From: a virus | IMG/VR virus record: IMGVR_UViG_3300032240_002557 | Location: 1-64,000 of that record | Reading direction: 5' to 3' (one strand) | Length of the DNA stretch: 64,000 nucleotides | Shown here: positions 47,852 to 55,742 of the stretch, piece after piece | How the letters are laid out: each line of letters begins with the position of its first letter | How positions within the stretch are numbered: position 1 is the stretch's first letter | Notes under the pieces: model-generated | The model's input: only the letters and a program-made list of their open reading frames with translations | Told to the model about the DNA's origin: nothing | The model's database searches: none | Made by a program: the position numbers and the translations under genes

Positions 47852-50443
47852 TTATGGTTTAGGCATATTTGATGCCTCGGGTGCTTTCGAAGTAGATTTT
47901 TTGCCTTCTTCTTCGCTCTCTCCTTTTTTAACTATTTTAACACCCTGGTTAGCTAGATCAAGTTGTTCTTCTGTAATATCTTTGATATTTTCTGCTAGTT
48001 TACTCTCATTTGAGTTCAATCTATCAATAGCTTCTTTAACAAGTGTTAATCCATCAGAATAATTAACAGTATCTCCTTCCTCTAAACTTTTTGCATCAAA
48101 ATCTGGGAAATTGTGGCAGTCTCTTTTTAGAGTTGAATGAATTTCTTCTATCTCTGATTCAAAAGTTTGCTCTTCACTTTTTGCGTACCTTTCTTTAAAA
48201 TCTGCCCAAGCAGATATTGCTGCTGTTCTTTCTTTATTAGCGGTCCATGCACCTTTTAGTAAACAAAGTGTAGCCATAATTGCTTGAAGATCTTCTCTTG
48301 AAACGAATCCGTCTATTGTATTAATCATTCCTCTTGTTATCTTAAGCATACCTGCTCTTGAAATAAATCCATTACCAACTGATATTGCTACCTTTGTTCT
48401 GGTTCCCCACCAAGCTGTTCCCATTCCTGATAATGCGCCTGCTCCTACTGCTATAGGTACTGATCCAACTGCAAGTGCTGCTCCCCCACTAGCTGCTGCA
48501 GCTACCGTTGAGCCTAATCCAAGTGAAAGAGCTAAACCCCCTGTTGATGCTGCTGCAGAAGTTGCTGCTGCTCCCATTAAAGCACCAGATCCTGTTGTTA
48601 CCGCTCCTATTGCACCGCCTACGCCTGTTGCTGTTCCTGCAGCTACTGCTGGAACTGCAGCACCTAATGTAAGTGCACTAGCAATTACAATTGCTGTTAC
48701 AGCTCCTGTAACTTCAGCAACCTGTAAGGCTGCCTCACCCGATGATTCGTCATAATTAATGACATAAATTCCGTTGTCTGCTGGTTTTAATCCTTGCCAT
48801 TTCTTTTCCTCAACTTTCTTATTATCATCATTATCTACTATTACGTCTTGAATTATTTTATCATCTTTATAAGTAGAACATACAGCATCAGCTATAGAAA
48901 GTTTATTTTTATCGCTACTTCCTTCACCACTTACCTGAGGCTTGCTACCGACATTTTTTGCTTTATCAACTAAAGATTTTTCAGCATCTTTCACTGCGTC
49001 AAACACGCCTTCATTAAGTATCTTAGAGAAACTATCAAAAGAAACGACTGATGTTCCTTCATTATATTCTGCTTCAAATATTTTGCTTTCTAATACTTTA
49101 CTGTAATCTAAAGAATCTTTTACTGGTTTAACAGGTGCATCAATTGTTTGTATTACTCTTTGTCCTCCTACGATCTTATTGTGCATGTCCTGTGTTAATT
49201 CACCGGTTGCACTAAATGCGGATGATTTTGTCAAGTAAGCATAATAAATATTAGCTAACTTAGATGTTACCTTACCGTATTTACCATCTGCTCCTCCTGC
49301 TTTGTTAATCAATTCAGCAACACAAGGTCCAAGCTTCATTAAAGCCTCTTGTACCTCAACTACAACATCGCATTTAGTACTACTAATTTGAATAGGGAAA
49401 GCACAATCTGTTGTTGTAACAACATTATCATCTCCAGTTTTCTTCTTCTTTTTCTTCTTTTTGTTCGGATCAACTGTTGTTTCTGCTCCTTCTACACCTG
49501 TACTTGACTGTGCTAAAGCAACGCATTTTCCTTTATTAGGATCGTATGCTTGACCAACAGGACAAATAACTATAGGTTGTGGAGGTGTAGGAACGTTTCC
49601 TATTCTATATTTAAGCTTATTAAATTCTTCTCTCTGTCTTGTTATCTCTGTAAGAATGTTTTGTACTTGTACTTTAAAATCCGATCTTTTTAAATTTCCA
49701 GAAGCTGTAGGAACCTTACCAGCTCCGAATAAACCTTTATTACCACCAATTGGCTGAATTTTTCTAGCTTTATCTAAGAGCTGTTGTGCTTGGTCTGAAA
49801 ATCTTTGGATGTCTGCATTTCCTGCATATGCCTTATTGCCCATTGCTGCTGAGGTTTCACCAGCAAACGATGTTGCAGCATCTAAAGCATTCTTAGCATA
49901 CTGTAAGAATTTATTGTCTACTCTAACGTCTTGGGTTTGTCCTTCCTCACCGGTTAAGTCTGTTTGTTGCTCAGAAAGATATTTAGTTAAAAGACTTTCG
50001 TTTTGTTGAAGTTGAGCTTTATTAGCTTGTAAAGCAGAGATTGTAGTTCCTGCGTAAGCATTCATATCATCTAAAACCTTTTTAAAGTTTTTAGCGTCTT
50101 CCCCAACTAAAGGTTTTAATTGATCAAATAAAGTCCCTAAATATGTCTTTGTTTGTTGATAAGCAGCTTCTTGAGCTTTATCTTTCATAGCGTATTCGTC
50201 AATCTTCTTAATAAATTCTTGTCTAAGACCATCGATAGAGCTAACTTGTAATAGTTTATCTACAAAAACTTTAAATCCATCAGGAGTTTTAATTGACTCG
50301 TCTGATCCCATAAGAATAACATTAACAAGAGTATCATAGATAGTTCTGCTAATTAATCCTGGGTTGTTTTTGGTCTCCTGTTCGTATAACTCTTTCTTTA
50401 GAGATTCGAAAATAGGATTGTATCCGTTGTAAATTCCTGACAT
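47852..50443 (-). CDS. Putative internal/ejection protein with peptidoglycan-binding-like motif and a long Ala/Gly hydrophobic segment
   Basis: NPIFE|S leader, VQEALMKLG...ADGKYGKVT, SFDSFSKILNE|GVFDAV, about 100 uncharged residues (approx. 48405-48712). Confidence 0.6.
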   Translation of the reverse strand: MSGIYNGYNPIFESLKKELYEQETKNNPGLISRTIYDTLVNVILMGSDESIKTPDGFKVFVDKLLQVSSIDGLRQEFIKKIDEYAMKDKAQEAAYQQTKTYLGTLFDQLKPLVGEDAKNFKKVLDDMNAYAGTTISALQANKAQLQQNESLLTKYLSEQQTDLTGEEGQTQDVRVDNKFLQYAKNALDAATSFAGETSAAMGNKAYAGNADIQRFSDQAQQLLDKARKIQPIGGNKGLFGAGKVPTASGNLKRSDFKVQVQNILTEITRQREEFNKLKYRIGNVPTPPQPIVICPVGQAYDPNKGKCVALAQSSTGVEGAETTVDPNKKKKKKKKTGDDNVVTTTDCAFPIQISSTKCDVVVEVQEALMKLGPCVAELINKAGGADGKYGKVTSKLANIYYAYLTKSSAFSATGELTQDMHNKIVGGQRVIQTIDAPVKPVKDSLDYSKVLESKIFEAEYNEGTSVVSFDSFSKILNEGVFDAVKDAEKSLVDKAKNVGSKPQVSGEGSSDKNKLSIADAVCSTYKDDKIIQDVIVDNDDNKKVEEKKWQGLKPADNGIYVINYDESSGEAALQVAEVTGAVTAIVIASALTLGAAVPAVAAGTATGVGGAIGAVTTGSGALMGAAATSAAASTGGLALSLGLGSTVAAAASGGAALAVGSVPIAVGAGALSGMGTAWWGTRTKVAISVGNGFISRAGMLKITRGMINTIDGFVSREDLQAIMATLCLLKGAWTANKERTAAISAWADFKERYAKSEEQTFESEIEEIHSTLKRDCHNFPDFDAKSLEEGDTVNYSDGLTLVKEAIDRLNSNESKLAENIKDITEEQLDLANQGVKIVKKGESEEEGKKSTSKAPEASNMPKP

Positions 50444-50454
50444 TTTAATTTTTT

Positions 50455-51207
50455 TTATTCGCTATAAATTTTGTCGTAAGAAGCTGATATTAGGTCGATC
50501 AGTTTCTGTATATATCCTTCGTTTCTGAGCTTTTTGAATACCAAATTCTCTACGGAGAATTCCCCCCTCTCTGCTAATCCTTCTTTACGCATCTTCATGA
50601 TCTGGCTTTTAACTTTTTCTGAGTGTTCGTATAATTCTCTAGGGGTAATATCCGATTGATCGCTAGTCCCGTTTAGTAATGCCTGTAATTGATTTACATC
50701 ATTAACAATACCTTCAAATTTGGTCTGTACGTCTCTCTCGTCTATCTGTGGAGGATTGTACTTAGGTACCCTGATCCAATCATTGTTTAATAGGGAGAAT
50801 AGACCTGATGCAACGTGTTGCTCTCTAATATCCTGGAGATAAAGCTCAACATCGTGCCCTCTTATAATTACGTTATGCCTTAGATTCCAAATGAATCTTT
50901 GACCGTCTACTGATTTTTTAACTAAATCTATGTCCGGATTAATTTTAGAGAAGTCTATTAGAACATGAACGTCAAGATCTGATTTTTCTGTCCAATTATA
51001 ATTTGCAAGAGATCCTGTAAGTTGGATGTCTTCAATAGGAATGTCAAGTTTAAAAACTGCGTAAAATTCTTCAGCAATCTTAAGAAGCTTAGCTCTGACG
51101 CTTTGGTCAAAGTTTAAATTCTCCCAAAAGAGTGTATTCAATTCCCCTTGATAGAATTGATCCTCATTTAAAACCCAATTAGTAAAATTTTTGATGCGAC
51201 TACCCAC
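50455..51207 (-). CDS. Pol-beta superfamily nucleotidyltransferase with capsid-targeting-like leader
   Basis: LTGSLANYNW...SDLDVHV (hGS...DxD) and VELY; leader MGSRIKNFTNWVLNE; GTG start. Confidence 0.8.
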   Translation of the reverse strand: MGSRIKNFTNWVLNEDQFYQGELNTLFWENLNFDQSVRAKLLKIAEEFYAVFKLDIPIEDIQLTGSLANYNWTEKSDLDVHVLIDFSKINPDIDLVKKSVDGQRFIWNLRHNVIIRGHDVELYLQDIREQHVASGLFSLLNNDWIRVPKYNPPQIDERDVQTKFEGIVNDVNQLQALLNGTSDQSDITPRELYEHSEKVKSQIMKMRKEGLAERGEFSVENLVFKKLRNEGYIQKLIDLISASYDKIYSE

Positions 51208-51222
51208 CTGAATATTTTAGTA

Positions 51223-51232
51223 CTATATATCC
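51223..51232 (-). promoter_or_regulatory. Candidate late promoter GGATATATAG
   Basis: Upstream of the nucleotidyltransferase gene. Confidence 0.7.
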
Positions 51233-51247
51233 AGTAAGGGTTTATTG

Positions 51248-51952
51248 TTAGTCGAAAGAGAAAGATTCGTAGCACTTTATCAAGTACTTAACATCCATTT
51301 CGCAGTATTTCTTAATCTCTTCTATTCTTCCTGAGTGGAAATATGGGTGAACCATAGATCCGTCCATGTCATCTTTAGGTGATTCGTGGCCGAAAACAGA
51401 ACACATTAGATCTAGAGATGAATGGGTTTGTCCATAACCACCAAAGGCAAAAACCTCTGAGATATCAATAACAGGAGAATCCCACGGTTTTCTGTTTAAT
51501 TGGCCTATAATAGGGGAAGGATCTATTTTATTAATTATCATTCTTTTACCAACAAAAGGAATGTCAAAATTCTTAATCGTATGACCTCCTAATTTCCAAC
51601 CTTTTGTCACTGCATTATTAAAGATCTTATTAGCATTGCTAAGGAGTTCGTTTTCTTCGCCAATGATTGATTGAATCTTAACATCATCTCCGCTGTATGC
51701 ACCGAAGCTAATGCAAACAACTTTAGCAAATTCTGGATGTAAGGAAGATTTTTCTAACCAAAGTTGATCCTCTGTAGCATCTTTGTATTCCTCGCCTGAA
51801 TTCTTTCTAAGCCAAACACATCTTTTTTCCCAGATCTTAGCAAGCCTAGGATCCTCAGATTTTAAATCAGAAAAATTTTCATAGATACCTGCTGTCTCTA
51901 TATCAAAATAGAGAATCTTTTTAAGTGTGCCTTTACTTATCATATTAGCCAT
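51248..51952 (-). CDS. DEDDy 3'-5' exonuclease (PolB-exonuclease-like)
   Basis: YFDIET, GHTIKNFDIPF, YCEMDV. Confidence 0.85.
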   Translation of the reverse strand: MANMISKGTLKKILYFDIETAGIYENFSDLKSEDPRLAKIWEKRCVWLRKNSGEEYKDATEDQLWLEKSSLHPEFAKVVCISFGAYSGDDVKIQSIIGEENELLSNANKIFNNAVTKGWKLGGHTIKNFDIPFVGKRMIINKIDPSPIIGQLNRKPWDSPVIDISEVFAFGGYGQTHSSLDLMCSVFGHESPKDDMDGSMVHPYFHSGRIEEIKKYCEMDVKYLIKCYESFSFD

Positions 51953-52764
51953 TTTTTATCGATCCAAAAATTACGATCTTGTTTATCTTTAATAGGAACA
52001 CAATTTTCTTTGTTAAAATAGAATTGCATCCATGCTTGAAATTCTTTACTCTTCTTCTTTTCTAAGTCTGCTTGGTTATACCAATCTTTGAATTGACCCC
52101 CTCCAAGCTCATATGATTCAACTATTATCTTCTCGGTCATATTGAAAAATTTCTCTCCAGCCCTGATAATATAATCACCGGCGGATAATCTTGGATCTAA
52201 ATCTATTCTACCTAGAATTTCAGCTCTTAAATAATTTCCAACCCCGTTGAAATATTTTTGATTCATCATTACCTCATAAATAGGCTTTTGGAAGATTCTG
52301 TCTTTCATTAGATTTCCTAGAATGTCCTTCTTGAAAAGTTCTGTCTCCTGAACAGGATCATGGCCTCTTTCAGGATTCCAACTGCGCCAATCCCAACGGG
52401 CAAATCTTCTGACATCATTCATTCCTAAAACACCTCCGTCGCAATCCATAATCATGAAATGTGTATGCTTAGGTATTTCGAACATGCTTTTTGAATAATT
52501 CCAGTTCCCGCTCATACCCATTGTGAAAGTAAGATACTTGGAAGGATATGGTTTAAAGTTGCTTTTGGTTGATGCATCGATAAAATCTAGTCTTAATTCT
52601 TTCCCTCTAGATTCTGCTCTGATTTGAAATTTTTGATATGGAGGGGTTAAATCTGTTTTGCTTTTATGCTCTGGATTTTTACCCATTCCGAGAAAATAAT
52701 CAACGCCAGAAGCTACATTATTTATAAATTCTGACATAATCTTTACTTCACTGATTTCTGGCAT
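51940..52764 (-). CDS. nei: Fpg/Nei family DNA glycosylase/AP lyase, NEIL1-like
   Basis: N-terminal MPE, SRGKEL, MGMSG, DVRRFARW, NQKYFNGVGNYLRAEIL (H2TH); no zinc-finger cysteines. Confidence 0.9.
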   Translation of the reverse strand: MPEISEVKIMSEFINNVASGVDYFLGMGKNPEHKSKTDLTPPYQKFQIRAESRGKELRLDFIDASTKSNFKPYPSKYLTFTMGMSGNWNYSKSMFEIPKHTHFMIMDCDGGVLGMNDVRRFARWDWRSWNPERGHDPVQETELFKKDILGNLMKDRIFQKPIYEVMMNQKYFNGVGNYLRAEILGRIDLDPRLSAGDYIIRAGEKFFNMTEKIIVESYELGGGQFKDWYNQADLEKKKSKEFQAWMQFYFNKENCVPIKDKQDRNFWIDKKWLI

Positions 52765-52780
52765 CTTTGTAGTGTTTTTA

Positions 52781-52788
52781 CAAATATA
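52781..52788 (-). promoter_or_regulatory. Possible Bacteroidetes-type -7 promoter element TATATTTG
   Basis: Matches TAnnTTTG, upstream of the nei gene; no clean -33 TTTG. Confidence 0.45.
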
Positions 52789-52814
52789 AAGAAAATCCCC
52801 GTGAAATTAAAATG

Positions 52815-53585
52815 CTATGGTTCAGGAAGGCGATTGTCGAAGACAAAATCAAGTTCTAGCCCAAAGGGTCTAGTATCTTCCCCGTCCAATTTAGTGCTGC
52901 CTGGAAGATATACAAAGATAGGATTAACAGTTCTTTTCCATGTTGATGCAGCAAGGAAAAGTGATTCATTAAGTGTTAAATTTCCTTGGTTAGTGGGATA
53001 TGCTGTGGATCTAAAAACAATTGGGATTTTAATTCTGTAAAAAACCCCAGGTAGTAAATCCTTTACCGAGAAAAGACTTGGCTTTTCGTCATTCACAACT
53101 GCAAGTCTTTTAATATCTTCTTGAAGAAAAAGTGCTTCTACTTTTTTACAAAAATCGTCCATTGTTCCCCTTCTGTCACCTTTTGCCCCACCAATATGAA
53201 GAACGATTGGCATTTCTTGATATTCTTTGACATCAAAGTTTTTTATGAATTCTAAACAGAGAACAATTTGGGAGTGAGCATCAGTAATCTCTTCGTCAGA
53301 ATCTGATGTTAAATACTTTTTGCCTTTTATGTAAAATGCTACCCTAACACCTTTGTCGTTAATATAATTATTCATAGACGATTTTGCGCTCTCCGATACA
53401 TTGAAATCAAGCACATCAAAATCATCATCTGTTATCTCAAAAACGAAGCATTCATATCCTATATTAATTCCTTCTGAAATCTTATTAAGAACAAAATCAC
53501 AGAATGGTATAGTATAAGATATTTTCTTCCCCTTCTTAGAAGCAAGAGGAAATCTGACTAATATGCCGTTCTTTTGGTTACTCAT
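52815..53585 (-). CDS. UV-damage endonuclease (UvsE)-like protein, apparently degenerate
   Basis: LHIGGAKGD, RLAVVNDEK...FSVKDL, IPIVF, LAASTW; metal-binding motifs substituted. Confidence 0.65.
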   Translation of the reverse strand: MSNQKNGILVRFPLASKKGKKISYTIPFCDFVLNKISEGINIGYECFVFEITDDDFDVLDFNVSESAKSSMNNYINDKGVRVAFYIKGKKYLTSDSDEEITDAHSQIVLCLEFIKNFDVKEYQEMPIVLHIGGAKGDRRGTMDDFCKKVEALFLQEDIKRLAVVNDEKPSLFSVKDLLPGVFYRIKIPIVFRSTAYPTNQGNLTLNESLFLAASTWKRTVNPIFVYLPGSTKLDGEDTRPFGLELDFVFDNRLPEP

Positions 53586-53606
53586 CCCTATTATAATTTT
53601 TTGTTG

Positions 53607-54293
53607 CTAAATAGTTTCGAATTCCTCAAGTGTCATCTTGGGCCAAGATTCAATCATACTTTCGGTTGAAAGGTTAGCTATTTTTACTCCTTTGGCTATT
53701 AGTGCTTTACCAAGTTCTGAATATTCGGTCACAGTCTGATCTATCTGTCTATTAACTATATGTGTTCCAGTTTCAGCAAAGAAATGATTTTGCGTGAAAT
53801 CAACACCAACCATAGCTATTTTAGATGCACCCATTTGGTATGCTATTATGATAGCCATATATGGTGAATTTGTTGTGTAGTCTATGAATCCATAATTTTG
53901 TAAATCCACACCCCCATATTTTCCAAGATTTAAAATCACCTTTTTAGAATCATCTATGGGTAAATTTGATAAATGAGTAAAAACCCATTCCGAAGTATTA
54001 TCCTTTACGTATTTCCAGCGATCCCACTTGAAAGTATTTGGTGTATTTACAACAACTAAATATTTACACCATACTTGCCTTCCTGCATCATTAACACCGA
54101 TCGTAATATGATTGTCAAAGCTATCGAAATTTTTTAAAGATGCGCCACACCCGCAAATAACAAAAGATCCATCCTTGTGGGCATTTATAAAATCCTTAAA
54201 TCTTCCTAGATCTTTATGTTGAACCGAATTTTCAACCGGATTTATGTTCTCTTCTGGAAATGAAAGTTTTCTTCTAATTCTTTCTATTGACAT
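53607..54293 (-). CDS. MAF/MptE-like (GT29-like fold) putative glycosyltransferase
   Basis: FVICGCGASL, IGVND, AYQMGASKIAMVGVDF...HFF. Confidence 0.65.
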   Translation of the reverse strand: MSIERIRRKLSFPEENINPVENSVQHKDLGRFKDFINAHKDGSFVICGCGASLKNFDSFDNHITIGVNDAGRQVWCKYLVVVNTPNTFKWDRWKYVKDNTSEWVFTHLSNLPIDDSKKVILNLGKYGGVDLQNYGFIDYTTNSPYMAIIIAYQMGASKIAMVGVDFTQNHFFAETGTHIVNRQIDQTVTEYSELGKALIAKGVKIANLSTESMIESWPKMTLEEFETI

Positions 54294-54296
54294 CTT

Positions 54297-55214
54297 TTAT
54301 CTTTGAGGTAGGTATTCACTCATTGATGGAACTAATTCGTCTGCAGCTTCACCGTAAGAAACACCATGCTTCTTCATAAAGTTGGAAGCTATGATTTTAT
54401 ATGCTTCTTTCAGTCCTTTGTTTCTAAGGATCTGAGCAGCTAAAAGATCACTATACTTTTCGTCAATACTTTTATTTTTGGTTAAAGCTTTTGCAGCTTC
54501 TACTGCTTCTATCACTGTTAAATGGTTGTCATTAAACTTAGAAAAATTTTCATCATTTCTGTTGATATAGATTGCTTTATTTTCGGGAACCGAATAAATT
54601 GGGCCTAATTTTTTAAAATTCTCTATATGATGTTCATAATCAGGATGATTAGTGTCTATTAAAACAACTTGAATATTTGGGTCAATAAATCCAGGCCTTT
54701 CCATAACGCCAGTTCCTTCCTGAAGTAATAGATCTGTTTTTATGTTAGCACTCTTTGATTCTAAAGATCCCCAGATAAAATTACCATTGTTATATTTTAA
54801 CGCAGTCATAAATTTTTGTTTATTACTTATAGTTGATGCTCCCATTTCTTTTTTTAATATATTACCATTATCTGAGTGTGGTTCTACTGCATAGCTAGGA
54901 ACTGTATAGATTTTACTCGTTTTAATACTTCTTACTTTTAAGATAGTATCCTTTCCGTTTGCAGTCCTTGATGTTGAAACAACCTCAGCGATAATTTTAT
55001 TTTTATTAACGCCTCTTAGTTGTGCTTTAACAATATCCCCTGTTTGGTATTGTTCTCCCTTAACATAATCGTATGGATTTACGTCTCTGCCAACTGCTTT
55101 AGACAAATCATCGAAAGATTTATATTTAACTTTAAATACACCGTTTGAGCTATTAAATCCGTCACCGGAAAAAGTCTGCGCAAATTGTTCGTTTATTTTT
55201 TTGATCTTTGTCAT
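54297..55214 (-). CDS. Hypothetical protein with capsid-targeting-like leader
   Basis: MTKIKKINE|QF; 305 aa. Confidence 0.6.
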   Translation of the reverse strand: MTKIKKINEQFAQTFSGDGFNSSNGVFKVKYKSFDDLSKAVGRDVNPYDYVKGEQYQTGDIVKAQLRGVNKNKIIAEVVSTSRTANGKDTILKVRSIKTSKIYTVPSYAVEPHSDNGNILKKEMGASTISNKQKFMTALKYNNGNFIWGSLESKSANIKTDLLLQEGTGVMERPGFIDPNIQVVLIDTNHPDYEHHIENFKKLGPIYSVPENKAIYINRNDENFSKFNDNHLTVIEAVEAAKALTKNKSIDEKYSDLLAAQILRNKGLKEAYKIIASNFMKKHGVSYGEAADELVPSMSEYLPQR

Positions 55215-55738
55215 TTTCTTTTGTTAAGTTCTTCTATTACATCCCTTAGCTTTCCTGCTAGTATATAATCTTCTTTCTCGATAGACTCTTTTAATTTATC
55301 CTCAAGATTTAAACCGCCTTCTATTTCAAATTTAAATTCTGGAATGTCTAATTCTTCTGTCATTGTAGCACTTTGTGCTATAAATAAAACTTGAAGTTTG
55401 GATTCTAAAATAGGAATTACTATCTCTTCGACAGGTTCTTCTTCGTTTTCTGTCTGAATTATTTCTATATTCTCCCATGCACCATTAATCCAAAGAATTA
55501 GCCAACATCCGTAACTAAGCTCTGTTAAATCATTCTCTATTACATACTCTAAAACTTTTTCTAATTCTTCCTTAGCACCATCAAGAGTAACTTTACCCCT
55601 TGTGATTCCTTTTATTTTAAGCTGCTCGTAACCAACTCTTCTGTCAAGAACCTTATAAAATTTTAGAACTTGATCCCAGTCAATAGTAGAAATAATACCA
55701 TCGATTAATTTTTTATCTGTTTCCGTTATCTTAGACAT
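55211..55738 (-). CDS. Hypothetical protein with C-terminal UVR (UvrB/C) motif
   Basis: LEDKLKESIEKEDYILAGKLRDVI. Confidence 0.7.
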   Translation of the reverse strand: MSKITETDKKLIDGIISTIDWDQVLKFYKVLDRRVGYEQLKIKGITRGKVTLDGAKEELEKVLEYVIENDLTELSYGCWLILWINGAWENIEIIQTENEEEPVEEIVIPILESKLQVLFIAQSATMTEELDIPEFKFEIEGGLNLEDKLKESIEKEDYILAGKLRDVIEELNKRK

Positions 55739-55742
55739 AAGC

